A DNA stretch of 64,000 nucleotides from Candidatus Berkelbacteria bacterium (lineage in GTDB: Bacteria; Patescibacteriota; UBA1384; JACPKC01): NCBI GenBank assembly GCA_016187225.1, contig JACPKC010000010.1:156590-220589 (forward strand), read 5' to 3'. This document shows, in pieces, positions 25,848-36,347 of the stretch (position 1 is its first letter; each line of letters begins with the position of its first letter). A program made the position numbers and the translations under genes. The notes below the pieces were generated by a model, which saw only the letters and a list, made by a program, of their open reading frames with translations, had not been told where the DNA came from and ran no database searches.

Positions 25848-28350
25848 TAATCGCTAACGTTTTACCTTTAAGATCGATCTGAAATTCATGGCGGGTTGGG
25901 AAGCGCAAACTTGCATCGGCCACGAGCGTCGCAACGTGAGTTTCGATTAGGCGCCGAATAGCCCGCGCTCCTTCTTTGTTTGCGACAATTTGTGCGATTA
26001 GCCAATTTTCTGCTTCGGGAGTAAGCATTATTTCAAGGCTAGTTGAGCGCGCATAAGTTTTAAGACGATCAAGTTCAAGCTGAACAATTGCGCGTAAAGT
26101 TTCTTCTGCAAGTGGCTGAAAAATTAAGATATTATCCAACCGATTCAAAAACTCGGGCCGAAAATGCTCTTTAAGTTGATCTTGAAGCGGTGTTTGCCAC
26201 CACGGTGTTTGTGAGCTGACCCGAAAACCTATTCCGCCTGCACGTTTCCACAGCTCGCCTCCAATGTTTGAGGTTAGAATGATAAGAGTTTCCCGAAAGC
26301 TAACGGCGCGACCTTTGGAATCAGTAAGTATGCCATCTTCCATCATTTGCAGGAGCAAGTGAAATACATCTGGATGCGCTTTTTCAATTTCATCAAAAAG
26401 CACCAAACGATGCGGTCGTCGCCGGACACTTTCAAGTAGTTTCGCTGGCTCGTCATGGCCAACATAACCTGGTGGTGCGCCTAAGAGTCGAGCCACCTGA
26501 TGACGCTCCATGAATTCGCTCATATCAAGTTTAATGAGCGCATCTTCGGTGCCAAAAATTTCCTCTGCTAAAACCCGAGCAGTTTCGGTTTTACCCACTC
26601 CACTTGGACCAACAAACAAAAAGGCGCCTATTGGACGATTTGGCGATTTTAATCCGCTTTTGGCGCGTCGAATTGTTTGAGCTAGAGTTTTCAAGGATTC
26701 AGTTTGGCCAAGAATTTTAGTCTGAAGAGATTCTTCAAGTTTTAAGAGATTGCGACGATCCGCGTTTCCCAAGCGTTCAATGGGAATTTTTGTCCAGGTG
26801 CTTAAGACATGGCGAATATGGTCGAGAGTTAGCGATTTAGCTCTAGTGGGTGGCGTTTTGAGTTGGGCTGGATCAGCTTCTTTTTGCAAAAGTCGGAGTT
26901 TAATCTCTTGGTCACGCAGATATGCCGCCCGCTCAATGTGACCGGTTTTGAGTTCATACTCTTTTTGATTTTTGAGCCTTTTGAGCTCGCGTTCGATGTC
27001 GTGTGCAGTAGCGCGCCGGCGCGGCGCGGGTGTGTTCTTGGCTCGCATCGCGGCGGCGGCTTCATCAATGAGGTCGATCGCTTTGTCCGGAAAATTCCGA
27101 TCATGAATATAACGATGCGCCAGTGTCACTGTTTCTTCAATCACTTCAGATGGAATACCAATGCCGTGGAAGGCCTCGTATTTTGGCGTGAGACCTTTGA
27201 GAATTTCAACTGTTTCCAACTGCGTGGGTTCACTGACGACAATTGGCTGAAAGCGGCGTTCAAGCGCCGCATCCTTTTCAATATATTTTTGATATTCAGT
27301 ACTCGTGGTGGCGCCAATGAGTCGCAATTGACCTTTGGCAAGCAAAGGCTTTAAGATATTTGCCGCATCCAGAGCGCCCTCGGCGCCACCGGCGCCGGTC
27401 ATGGTATGCAGTTCATCGATGAAGAGCAGAATGTCGCCTTGAGTTTGCACTTCTTCCACAAGATGGCGAAGGCGATCTTCAAACTGGCCGCGATACATTG
27501 TGCCGGCAACCAGGATACTCAATTCCAAACTGACGATTCGGCTGTCAGCTAGATATTCTGGTACGGCGCCACCGACAATTCGTTGCGCCAGTCCTTCAAT
27601 TATGGCTGTTTTCCCCACTCCCGGCTCGCCAATTAGAACGGGATTGTTTTTAGTTTTTCGCCCTAAAATATGCATCAGCCGCTCCAGTTCGGCCTCTCGA
27701 CCAATTAAAGGATCGAGCAGTTTCTCATGCGCTAGCGCTGTAAGGTCAAGCGTGAACTCATCTAGAAATGGTGTTTCCGTTTGTTCGTCGACCTCTTCGG
27801 GTAGATTAAGTTGGGGGCGATGCGTCGATGGGATAGGCTCCTGACTAAGTTGACCGACCACGCCGAGAAGTTCAATTTCTTGGTGAACCATCGTATTCGG
27901 TGATGATTTTTGTTCTGCAAAAAAATGTTCAAGTGATTTTCGAATTGTTTTTGGTTCGATGCCAAGTTGGAGCACGATTTCGTGAGCGCGAGAATTGGTA
28001 TCCGAAATCAGTGCCCAAAGCAGATGTTCTGGTTCAATAAATTGCATGCCAAGTGTTGTTGCCTGAAATGCCGCTCGCTCCAAGACTGCCTTGGCTTCTA
28101 TTTTCATACCCATGCCGCGTTCGGAAGAAATCTCTTTTAATGAGAGCGCCAGACGAATTTGGTCAGGTGTAATTGGCACCTTTCGGAGAAGATTGTAAGC
28201 ATAGGTATCGGGCGTGATGCTGATGGCGAGAAGTAGATGCTCTGAACCAAGCACATTCCCCATCGCCTCCGCATAGCGTTGCGAAGCGAGCAAGACTATC
28301 TTTGCCGACGGAGAGAATTTTCCAAAACTTGCAGATTGCGCGTCATTCAT
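25819..28350 (-). CDS. clpC: Class I Clp/Hsp100 ATPase, ClpC-like (two AAA+ modules)
   Basis: Walker A motifs [10 protein letters not shown] and GPSGVGKTE. The N-domain FGKFSPSAKIVL aligns with the ClpC N-terminus. The true start is uncertain, between 28350 and 28392. Confidence 0.8.
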   Translation of the reverse strand: MNDAQSASFGKFSPSAKIVLLASQRYAEAMGNVLGSEHLLLAISITPDTYAYNLLRKVPITPDQIRLALSLKEISSERGMGMKIEAKAVLERAAFQATTLGMQFIEPEHLLWALISDTNSRAHEIVLQLGIEPKTIRKSLEHFFAEQKSSPNTMVHQEIELLGVVGQLSQEPIPSTHRPQLNLPEEVDEQTETPFLDEFTLDLTALAHEKLLDPLIGREAELERLMHILGRKTKNNPVLIGEPGVGKTAIIEGLAQRIVGGAVPEYLADSRIVSLELSILVAGTMYRGQFEDRLRHLVEEVQTQGDILLFIDELHTMTGAGGAEGALDAANILKPLLAKGQLRLIGATTSTEYQKYIEKDAALERRFQPIVVSEPTQLETVEILKGLTPKYEAFHGIGIPSEVIEETVTLAHRYIHDRNFPDKAIDLIDEAAAAMRAKNTPAPRRRATAHDIERELKRLKNQKEYELKTGHIERAAYLRDQEIKLRLLQKEADPAQLKTPPTRAKSLTLDHIRHVLSTWTKIPIERLGNADRRNLLKLEESLQTKILGQTESLKTLAQTIRRAKSGLKSPNRPIGAFLFVGPSGVGKTETARVLAEEIFGTEDALIKLDMSEFMERHQVARLLGAPPGYVGHDEPAKLLESVRRRPHRLVLFDEIEKAHPDVFHLLLQMMEDGILTDSKGRAVSFRETLIILTSNIGGELWKRAGGIGFRVSSQTPWWQTPLQDQLKEHFRPEFLNRLDNILIFQPLAEETLRAIVQLELDRLKTYARSTSLEIMLTPEAENWLIAQIVANKEGARAIRRLIETHVATLVADASLRFPTRHEFQIDLKGKTLAINARQRVLTT

Positions 28351-29479
28351 TCTGTTGATTTTTTCCTTGACCCTCATCTTTTGTCGACTCATCCTCGGTT
28401 GGAATTTCTTTTATTTCTTTATCTTCGTCTGTATTTTGATCTTTAACTATATCTAACTCCCAACCAGTTAGTTTACTTGCAAGGCGAACGTTTTGTCCAC
28501 CCTTTCCAATTGCCAGTGAGACTTGATCCGCTGGCACTCGAATGGTGGCTTTTTTGAGAGCTTCATCAAGAATAATTTCGTCAACCTTGGCCGGCGAAAG
28601 CGCATTGGCAATAAGTTTTTTTGGATCGGCATCCCAGAGAATGATGTCTATTTTTTCATTACCCAAATCAGAAAGAACCGCTTGGACACGAATCCCACGT
28701 TGCCCAACACATGAGCCAACCGGGTCAAGACCTTCTTGGTGAGCGGCAACAGCAATTTTAGTGCGTGAGCCAGCCTCGCGCGCGATTGTTTCGATTGTTA
28801 CAGTTCCCGATTGGATTTCTGGCACTTCTTGGGTAAAGAAACCGCGAATAAGATCAGGATGCGAGCGCGAGACCATAACTTTTGGGCCGCGGTTGGTTTC
28901 CTCGACGCCCTTAACGTAGATCTTGAGACGTTGGCCAATATAGTAACGTTCCTCATGAATTTGGTCGGGAAGCATCATCACGGCATTCATGCGCCCGATA
29001 TTAATAACAATGTCTCGTCCATCGATTTGTTGAACCGTGCCGCTGACAATTTGTCCTTCTTTACCTTTGAATTCAGAATAGAGAAGGGATCGTTCAGCCT
29101 CCGCTATCCGTTGAATGATTACCTGTTTGGCTGTTTGAGCCGCAATCCGTCCAAAATCGGCTTGGTGTGGAAGGGGCATACTTACTTCTCCGCCTATATC
29201 TGCCTTGTCGTCGAGTTTTTGAGCTTCAGTTAGAGTAATCTGCCGTTCCGGTTCCTCAATTTCCGCATCATCGGCAACAATCTCGAAAACTTGTCGCATT
29301 TGAGTTTTGCCGATGTCATTTGGATTTAAGGTTGCGCGAATCACTTGGCCGGTTCGTCCATAGTCTTTTCGATACGCCGCCGCCAGTGCCGCCTCGACAG
29401 TTTGAACGACAGTTTCAATAGGAAGGCCGCGTTCCTCGGCAAGTTCCTGAAGGGCAACTAAAAAAGGTGAATCCTTCAT
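28343..29479 (-). CDS. nusA: Transcription termination/antitermination factor NusA
   Basis: N-terminal domain, S1 domain and two KH domains (GSCVGQRG, AIGKGGQNVRLA). Confidence 0.9.
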   Translation of the reverse strand: MKDSPFLVALQELAEERGLPIETVVQTVEAALAAAYRKDYGRTGQVIRATLNPNDIGKTQMRQVFEIVADDAEIEEPERQITLTEAQKLDDKADIGGEVSMPLPHQADFGRIAAQTAKQVIIQRIAEAERSLLYSEFKGKEGQIVSGTVQQIDGRDIVINIGRMNAVMMLPDQIHEERYYIGQRLKIYVKGVEETNRGPKVMVSRSHPDLIRGFFTQEVPEIQSGTVTIETIAREAGSRTKIAVAAHQEGLDPVGSCVGQRGIRVQAVLSDLGNEKIDIILWDADPKKLIANALSPAKVDEIILDEALKKATIRVPADQVSLAIGKGGQNVRLASKLTGWELDIVKDQNTDEDKEIKEIPTEDESTKDEGQGKNQQNE

Positions 29480-29520
29480 ATTTATCCTTTCTTATTTAGA
29501 GTATATAGGATCAATTCCTA

Positions 29521-29550
29521 TAAAAAAACAGCCACCATTCTTGGTGCTGT
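29521..29550 (-). terminator. Terminator downstream of the wecB/tagA-like gene
   Basis: ACAGCCACCA..TGGTGCTGT hairpin; on the minus strand it is followed by TTTTTTTA. Confidence 0.6.
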
Positions 29551-29601
29551 TGACTACAGTATAAGGTGAATCGATTTAGTCGTCAATCGTATGCGGGGTT
29601 T

Positions 29602-30459
29602 CTATGAATTTTTGTATTGGCGTGCCCAAAAGACTTTCCACGGGAAAACCAGCGTTGCTTTGAGAATACGGCGCCAACGCCAGGGTTGAATGAGTAAACG
29701 CCAGCACCATTCAAGGCCAAGCGAGCGGAGCCAGGCAGGGGCACGGGGGACAATACCTGCAAGATAGTCAAATGCTCCTCCTACCCCAAGCATTAATGAG
29801 ATGCCGAGAATTTTTTTATGTTCATGAATAAAAAGATCTTGTGTCGGCGCTCCCAATGCTACCAGTAGAATGTCTGGCTTGAGAGCGCGAATGCGGTGAG
29901 CCAGTAAGTTAAGTTCATCTTTGCGTCGCTTGCCTTGAACTGATTTTGCCACTCCCGCTTCGGCGCCGACGACTATTAATTCAGGATAATGTGTACGTAG
30001 TTTAATCGCAGCTTGTTCGGCTATTCCCTTATCGCCACCGAGAAAAAAGAATTTCCATCTGTGTTTTGTTCCGTATGCCGCCAGTTGATCAATTAAATCG
30101 ACGCCTGTGATAATTTCAGGAATGGGATGATTTAATTCCTTTGACTGAAGAATAAAAATCAGGCCTACCCAGGCCCCCGCTAAAAGCCCAACCACCAGGC
30201 GAGCTGGTTGCCAAGTAGGAAAAGAAAGCGAATTATAGTACGCGGCAAGTTGAATACCTTTGCCATCGGCTGTAGACATTTCAGCATCCCCAAGAGCAGT
30301 GCGAAAAGCGCGATTCGTTTGGGCTTCAAGAATAAATTCCGGATTCACAGTTACAAGCTGACTTGGCAAACGAGCTTGAATAATATTTGCACAACTTGCT
30401 AGTAAATCTGGGCGTAAGCGACAGTCGATTGACACTGAAAGAATTTGCGCTCGTTTCAT
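29602..30459 (-). CDS. WecB/TagA/CpsF-family glycosyltransferase
   Basis: GLEWCWRLLIQPWRWRRI C-terminal signature; DILLVALGAPTQD. Confidence 0.8.
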   Translation of the reverse strand: MKRAQILSVSIDCRLRPDLLASCANIIQARLPSQLVTVNPEFILEAQTNRAFRTALGDAEMSTADGKGIQLAAYYNSLSFPTWQPARLVVGLLAGAWVGLIFILQSKELNHPIPEIITGVDLIDQLAAYGTKHRWKFFFLGGDKGIAEQAAIKLRTHYPELIVVGAEAGVAKSVQGKRRKDELNLLAHRIRALKPDILLVALGAPTQDLFIHEHKKILGISLMLGVGGAFDYLAGIVPRAPAWLRSLGLEWCWRLLIQPWRWRRILKATLVFPWKVFWARQYKNS

Positions 30460-30460
30460 A

Positions 30461-31003
30461 TTATTTTATTGTGACGCTCATCATCTGGTCACCGACTTGA
30501 ATTTGATCCACAACATTCATGCCGTCAGTTACCTCGCCGAAAATCGTATAGTTTGGCGGTAGAGGCTTGTCTTCTAGCATGATAAAAAATTGACTGCCAT
30601 TAGTGTTTGGTCCACTGTTTGCCATAGCGACTATCCCGCGTTTGTACTCTTGTCTAATAGGTTCATCTTTAAATGTGTATCCCGGTCCGCCGGTACCGTC
30701 ACCATTTGGGTCGCCGCCCTGGATAACAAAACCCGGCTCAACACGATGAAATGTAAGGCCGTCATAGAACTTTTTCTCAATAAGCGTGATGAAATTGCTA
30801 ACTGCCAGCGGCGCGTCATCTGGGAGTAGGCTGATTCGAATTGTGCCTTTAGGAGTTTCAACGATTGCAGTTTTATTCTGAATTTTTTCCCCTGGCAAAA
30901 TAGTTGGCGCCTGACTTTGATTAGTCATAGTTTTCTCCTTTACGCAACCTGTTAACGTAGTTGCGGTGGTTATGGCTATGAGTACATAGAGTAAGATTTT
31001 CAT
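30461..31003 (-). CDS. ppiB: Cyclophilin-type peptidyl-prolyl isomerase, lipoprotein
   Basis: Lipobox LTGC; GFVIQGGDPNGDGTGGPGYTFKDE...ANSGPNTNGSQFFI. Confidence 0.85.
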   Translation of the reverse strand: MKILLYVLIAITTATTLTGCVKEKTMTNQSQAPTILPGEKIQNKTAIVETPKGTIRISLLPDDAPLAVSNFITLIEKKFYDGLTFHRVEPGFVIQGGDPNGDGTGGPGYTFKDEPIRQEYKRGIVAMANSGPNTNGSQFFIMLEDKPLPPNYTIFGEVTDGMNVVDQIQVGDQMMSVTIK

Positions 31004-31097
31004 AATTTAGATGTACTCCTTAACAATTTTATGAGTATTATTTGGGGACTCGGTTATTATTTCCCCTATTATGCTTACCTTGCTATCTTATTGACGT

Positions 31098-31328
31098 ATG
31101 CAAATAAATGGCCAAGAGCCAATCGGACAACTTATTAAAGATTATCCTGTGCTTAAAGAAGTTCTGCAAGCTTACGGTTTACACTGCGCTGGTTGTTTTC
31201 TGAATGAATGGGACACGCTTGCTGGAGGCGCTAGATTGCATGGTATGAGCGAACGTGAAATGTATAATCTCTTGAGGGATGTTAATGAAGTTATAAGGAC
31301 TAGAGTGCTCTATGCTGAAACTCAATAA
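31098..31328 (+). CDS. DUF1858 (hybrid-cluster-associated redox disulfide) small protein
   Basis: IKDYPVLKEVLQAYGLHCAGCF CxGC motif typical of DUF1858; overlaps the sufC start. Confidence 0.6.
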   Translation: MQINGQEPIGQLIKDYPVLKEVLQAYGLHCAGCFLNEWDTLAGGARLHGMSEREMYNLLRDVNEVIRTRVLYAETQ

Positions 31329-32049
31329 CTTATCGATTTCTGTTGGTTCGCAACAAATCGTGTCAAATTTTTCTTTAGCTGTAAATCCTGGAGAAATGCA
31401 TGTTTTACTTGGCCCAAACGGTTCAGGTAAGAGCACGCTTGCGGCCGCACTCATGGGGCACCCTGATTATTGTATCACTTCGGGTGAAGCCATGCTCGAC
31501 GGTCAGGATCTGCTCGCTCTTACTCCTGACAAGCGAGCGCAAATCGGATTTTTTCTGTCTTTTCAAACTCCGGTGGCTATTCCTGGTTTGAAACTTGAAA
31601 GTTTTTTACGTTCAGCGGTTAATCAGGTGAGGGAGAGTCAAAAGAAGTCCACCTATTCGGTATTAGAGTTTCGCAAGAAATTGCAAAGCGCAATTGCCCT
31701 GCTCGGGTTAGACGCTTCATTTTTGGCTCGCACATTAAATGATGGTTTTTCTGGCGGCGAACGCAAGCGCTGTGAGATTATGCAGTTTCTCCTCTTTGAA
31801 CCAAAATATGCCATCCTAGATGAGTGTGATTCCGGCCTCGATGTCGACGCCTTGCGTTTGATTGGGGGGTTACTTAATCGAGCGCGGACAAGTGAGCAGG
31901 GTGTTGTTCTGATCACCCATTCTCCGCAACTCCTGTCTTATATCGAAGCGCCTAAGCGCGTTCATATCATTCGTCAAGGCGCACTTGCGCTTTCCGGTCA
32001 AGACGACCTGATAACAAATTGGGCAGAGCATGGTTTCCAAAACGCTTAA
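31312..32049 (+). CDS. sufC: Fe-S cluster assembly ATPase SufC
   Basis: Walker A GPNGSGKST, an ABC signature, and the SufC-type H-loop. Confidence 0.9.
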   Translation: MLKLNNLSISVGSQQIVSNFSLAVNPGEMHVLLGPNGSGKSTLAAALMGHPDYCITSGEAMLDGQDLLALTPDKRAQIGFFLSFQTPVAIPGLKLESFLRSAVNQVRESQKKSTYSVLEFRKKLQSAIALLGLDASFLARTLNDGFSGGERKRCEIMQFLLFEPKYAILDECDSGLDVDALRLIGGLLNRARTSEQGVVLITHSPQLLSYIEAPKRVHIIRQGALALSGQDDLITNWAEHGFQNA

Positions 32050-33436
32050 TCTCGCGCTCGGGTACAAAGAAAAGTATGGGTTTTCAACCCGCCACATACC
32101 CTACCTTGAGGCACCGACCGGTTTAAATGAGTCTGTAATTCGTTTTTTGAGCCATACCAAACGAGAACCTATTTGGATGCTGACGCGTCGCCTGCAAGCG
32201 CTCAAGGTTTTTTGGAGCAAACCTCTGCCAACTTGGGGTGCAGACTTGAGTCGTCTGGATTTTTCGCAAATTACCTACTATATCAAATCGACCGAGGATC
32301 AATATCGACGGTGGGAAGATGTGCCGCCGGAGATTACTCAAACATTTGAGCGACTCGGTGTGCCGCAAGCAGAACGAGCTTTTCTTGCTGGCGTAGGCGC
32401 TCAATTTGAATCTGAAGTGGTGTATCAACACCTAGAGGCGGATCTGGCGAGCAAAGGTGTAATTTTTACTGATATGGATAGCGCGCTTCAACAATATCCA
32501 AAATTTGTAAAGCGCTATTTAGGTACAGTAGTTTCGTTGGCTGACAATAAATTTGCCGCTCTTAATAGCGCTGTATGGAGCGGCGGTAGTTTTGTTTATG
32601 TACCTGCCGGTGTCGAAATTGATGTACCTCTACAAACTTATTTCCGAATCAACGCTAAGAATATGGGTCAGTTTGAGCGTACGTTGATTATCGCCGAAGA
32701 AGGCGCTCGTGTGCATTACGTTGAGGGGTGCACCGCGCCAGTTTACGCTTCAGATTCGCTTCATGCGGCTGTGGTAGAAGTAATTGCTAAGCCTGGCGCG
32801 CAGGTGCGTTATACGACCATTCAAAATTGGTCGAATAATGTTTACAACTTAGTCACTAAGCGAGCGATCGCTTATCAGGATGCAAAGGTGGAGTGGATCG
32901 ATGGCAACATTGGAAGCGGGGTAACAATGAAGTATCCGTGTGTGGTTCTTGTTGGTGAGCGCGCCCAGGCTCAAATCTTAAGCCTAGCGTATGCTGGTAA
33001 AAATCAGTGTCAGGATACGGGTGGCAAAGTTATTCACGGCGCACCCAATACATCTTCCACGGTCGTGAGTAAATCAATTAGTCGGGATGGCGGGCGAGCA
33101 ACGTATCGAGGACTAGTCAAGGTTGCACATCAAGCAACTAACACCAAAGTCTCGGTCAATTGCGACGCCTTGCTTTTGGATAATATTTCACACTCAATCA
33201 CCTTGCCTGATATGCAGATCATGAACGACGACGTTGCCATCGCTCATGAGGCCAGCGTCGGACGAGTTAGTCAAGATCAATTATTTTATCTGCAAAGTCG
33301 AGGGGTTCCCCAAGCACAGGCGCTTGCTTTGATAATTCATGGCTTCATTGAACCAATCACGCGATCTTTACCTTTTGAGTACGCTATTGAACTTAATCGC
33401 TTAATCGAACTTGAAATGGAAGGATCAGTTGGATGA
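32030..33436 (+). CDS. sufB: Fe-S cluster assembly protein SufB
   Basis: 468 aa; SufB/SufD beta-helix core with conserved C-terminal motifs. Confidence 0.9.
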   Translation: MVSKTLNLALGYKEKYGFSTRHIPYLEAPTGLNESVIRFLSHTKREPIWMLTRRLQALKVFWSKPLPTWGADLSRLDFSQITYYIKSTEDQYRRWEDVPPEITQTFERLGVPQAERAFLAGVGAQFESEVVYQHLEADLASKGVIFTDMDSALQQYPKFVKRYLGTVVSLADNKFAALNSAVWSGGSFVYVPAGVEIDVPLQTYFRINAKNMGQFERTLIIAEEGARVHYVEGCTAPVYASDSLHAAVVEVIAKPGAQVRYTTIQNWSNNVYNLVTKRAIAYQDAKVEWIDGNIGSGVTMKYPCVVLVGERAQAQILSLAYAGKNQCQDTGGKVIHGAPNTSSTVVSKSISRDGGRATYRGLVKVAHQATNTKVSVNCDALLLDNISHSITLPDMQIMNDDVAIAHEASVGRVSQDQLFYLQSRGVPQAQALALIIHGFIEPITRSLPFEYAIELNRLIELEMEGSVG

Positions 33437-33993
33437 AAAATTTCTTGCGCATTCAAGCCAGAAGAAACACCTTTGTGTTAGAAAAAGCCGGTGAGTATTT
33501 TTTACCTATTAGCGTAGAGAGCAAATCCGATTCCCTCTCTCTGTATGTCGACATAATTTCTACGAACGTTAAATTAATAATTATCTCAACATTTCTTGGT
33601 AAAGCTCAAGATAATTTTCAGTTCGACATTCAGATTCACCACCGTGCGCCTAAGACGCAATCCGATATCAAAATTTTTGCCGCTCTTTTTGAAATGAGTC
33701 AATTATCAGTCAACGGCGCGATTAATTTACCAACCGGTGTTAAAAATTCCAGCACCTATTTTTTTGTCAAAAGTTTACTCCTCTCTGACAAGGCGCGCAC
33801 ACGAGTAATTCCCTCTCTTGGGATTGAAGAAAATGAGGTCCGAGCCGGGCACGGTGTAAGTATTGGACGCATCAGTGATGAAGAGTTGTTTTATCTCATG
33901 TCGCGTGGCTTAACGCAGGCCCAGGCCCAGAATCTTTTGGTTCAAAGTCTCTTTGAGCCGGCACGAGAAAAAATAAGAGAGTATGGTTTATGA
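33433..33993 (+). CDS. sufD: Truncated SufD-like protein (186 aa)
   Basis: C-terminal ELFYLMSRGL...LLVQSLFEP SufBD-family motif; N-terminal region absent. Confidence 0.6.
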   Translation: MKNFLRIQARRNTFVLEKAGEYFLPISVESKSDSLSLYVDIISTNVKLIIISTFLGKAQDNFQFDIQIHHRAPKTQSDIKIFAALFEMSQLSVNGAINLPTGVKNSSTYFFVKSLLLSDKARTRVIPSLGIEENEVRAGHGVSIGRISDEELFYLMSRGLTQAQAQNLLVQSLFEPAREKIREYGL

Positions 33994-35222
33994 ATTCAAC
34001 GGTCGTAGAGCATATAACTAGAAAAGATTTTCCTTTCTTTAGATTTAATCCGAACGTTGTTTATTTAGACACAGCCGCAAGCGCTCAAAAGCCCCAATGC
34101 GTTATTGATAGAATACAAAAATTCTACGAACGTGAATACTCTAGCGTTAATAGAGCAGATTACTACGAAGCGCTTGTGGCGACAGCTGAATTAGAGAACG
34201 TGCGTTTGGCAGTAGCTGACTTTATTCACGCATCTGCCAGAGAAATAATATTCACTCGAGGCGCAACCGAGAGCATTAATCTAGTCGCACAGTCTTTCCT
34301 CAAGGCGTGTTTACAGCCTGGCGAGGTTGTTCTTGCAACTTCGGCAGAACATCATTCCAATTTTTTGCCTTGGTTAAAAGTGTGCCAGCAGACTGGCGCA
34401 GAACTTTTGATTTTGGACATTTCTAAAAACGGAGCATTCCCATTGCAAGAGTATCAGGCCCAACTGAAGAATAGACGTGTGAAGTTTGTGGCCCTTGCTT
34501 ACGTTTCGAATGTTCTAGGTTGCGTTTTTCCAGTTAAAAAAATTATCGACCTCGCTCATCAATCAGATTGCCAAGTACTCGTTGACGCAACTCAAGCTGT
34601 GCCGCATCTGCCAGTCGATGTTGCTGAATTGGGAGCAGATTTTTTGGTTTTCTCTGGCCACAAAATTTACGGTCCAACCGGTGTCGGTGTCCTCTTTGTT
34701 CGTCGAGCCTTGCTCGAGAAGATGAAGCCAATCAACCTCGGCGGCGAGATGGTGACTAAAGTTTGGCATGGTGGCTACGAACTTCAAGGCATTCCCCAAC
34801 GCTTTGAGGCCGGTACTCCTGCGATTGCAGAAATCCTCGGTCTAGGTGAGGCTGTTCAGTATCTTAATAGGTTCAATTGGTTTGCTCTTCGTATCCATGA
34901 AACAAACATCTTAAACATGTTCCTCAAGAAGTTGGAAAAATTTCCCAGTATCCAAATTTTAGGACCGAACAGTGAAGAATCGCGCACAGGTGTTCTTGCT
35001 TTTTGGAGTAACCGTTTGCATGCACATGATATCGCAAGTTTATTAGCTGAAGAGCGGGTTGCAGTTCGAGCCGGTTATCACTGTGCTGAAATTTTACATC
35101 GATCCCTAAAAATTCCTGCGACCGTGCGTTTAAGTGTTGGTATGTATACTTCTTATAATGATGTTGAGAGATTTTTCGCCGCTCTGGGTCGTTCTTTGAA
35201 AAGGATAGGAATTGTCATCTAA
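33990..35222 (+). CDS. sufS: Cysteine desulfurase SufS (class V aminotransferase)
   Basis: PLP-Lys region FSGHKIYGPTGVGVL and active-site Cys loop RAGYHCAE. Confidence 0.85.
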   Translation: MNSTVVEHITRKDFPFFRFNPNVVYLDTAASAQKPQCVIDRIQKFYEREYSSVNRADYYEALVATAELENVRLAVADFIHASAREIIFTRGATESINLVAQSFLKACLQPGEVVLATSAEHHSNFLPWLKVCQQTGAELLILDISKNGAFPLQEYQAQLKNRRVKFVALAYVSNVLGCVFPVKKIIDLAHQSDCQVLVDATQAVPHLPVDVAELGADFLVFSGHKIYGPTGVGVLFVRRALLEKMKPINLGGEMVTKVWHGGYELQGIPQRFEAGTPAIAEILGLGEAVQYLNRFNWFALRIHETNILNMFLKKLEKFPSIQILGPNSEESRTGVLAFWSNRLHAHDIASLLAEERVAVRAGYHCAEILHRSLKIPATVRLSVGMYTSYNDVERFFAALGRSLKRIGIVI

Positions 35223-35624
35223 ATGCAAAGTCTATATTCAGAATTAGTGCTTGATTATTTTTATACCCCTCGCTACACGCCGCCTTTGGCTAATCCAGAT
35301 TACGAGAGTCAGCTTCATAATACTTACTGTGCTGACTCTATATATCTCACGTTCGTAGTAAATAAGCAGATGGTTATTCAAGCTGTTGGAGCAGAGGTTA
35401 AAGGTTGCGCTCTTGCACATGTGGGCGCCTCTGTGCTTGCCGAACAAATAATCGATAGAACTCTGTCAGAAGTTAAAAATTTTCAACCCGAGCAAATTTT
35501 ATCCACTCTTCAATTAGTCTCAATCTCTCCTCTGCGCCTCAACTGTTTTTTACTAGCTTATCGATCGTTCCAAAAAGCTCTATGTCCTCAAGCCATACCC
35601 TCGTCGGAAAAGACTGACGGTTAG
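35223..35624 (+). CDS. sufU: NifU/SufU-like Fe-S scaffold or sulfur acceptor
   Basis: NTYCADSIYL and GCALAHVGASVL Cys motifs. Confidence 0.6.
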   Translation: MQSLYSELVLDYFYTPRYTPPLANPDYESQLHNTYCADSIYLTFVVNKQMVIQAVGAEVKGCALAHVGASVLAEQIIDRTLSEVKNFQPEQILSTLQLVSISPLRLNCFLLAYRSFQKALCPQAIPSSEKTDG

Positions 35625-36347
35625 AATCGACAGACCCGTGATTGACACTAAAATTAATATCAGACCAGTAGTTGGATTAGTTTCTCTAATACCGATCATT
35701 GAATAACGAATCCCGTCGATAAAATAAAAAAACGGATTAAAGCGCGCAATGGTTTGAAGGTTTGCGGGCAACATATTGATTGAATTGAAGACGCCGCCAA
35801 CAAAACTTAAAGGCATAATCACAAACGTATTTAAAATATTGAGCTGTTCAAAGCCTTTTGCCCAAAGGCCAGTTAAAATCCCCAAAAAACCAAAAATAAT
35901 CGAAACAGAAATCATGTAGAACAAAAATGCGCCAACATGATTTAGATTAGCCGCACTGAATAAAACAGCGATTAAATAAATTCCAACTCCGACAACTCCG
36001 GCCCGAATCATTGACCCAATCACGTAGCCGATAATCATTTCTGCATACGAAAGAGGCGAGACTAAAATTTCTTCAATATTGCGGGCAAAGCGTTGAAAGT
36101 AGAGGGAGAACGAAGATTGGGAAAACGCCGCCATCAAAACATTCATCATGAGAATGCCGGGGAGCACGAAGTCGATATATTCCACGCCTTCAATAAAATT
36201 AATTCTCTGTCCGACCACTTGTCCAAAAACAAAAATATAAAGAAGAGCGCTAATCCAGGGCGTAATTAGAGTTTGAATTGAAACTTTGAAAACACGTTCT
36301 GCTTCTTTTTGAATTATCGTATAAAGTCCAGTCCAGTTTCTAATCAT
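35580..36347 (-). CDS. ABC-2 type transporter permease
   Basis: Six predicted TM helices; ABC-2 family; overlaps the ATPase gene start. Confidence 0.8.
   Translation of the reverse strand: MIRNWTGLYTIIQKEAERVFKVSIQTLITPWISALLYIFVFGQVVGQRINFIEGVEYIDFVLPGILMMNVLMAAFSQSSFSLYFQRFARNIEEILVSPLSYAEMIIGYVIGSMIRAGVVGVGIYLIAVLFSAANLNHVGAFLFYMISVSIIFGFLGILTGLWAKGFEQLNILNTFVIMPLSFVGGVFNSINMLPANLQTIARFNPFFYFIDGIRYSMIGIRETNPTTGLILILVSITGLSILTVSLFRRGYGLRT

Noticed and set aside
26750-27844. Plus-strand ORFs of 63-163 codons inside clpC
   Set aside because: They are antisense to a conserved AAA+ gene.
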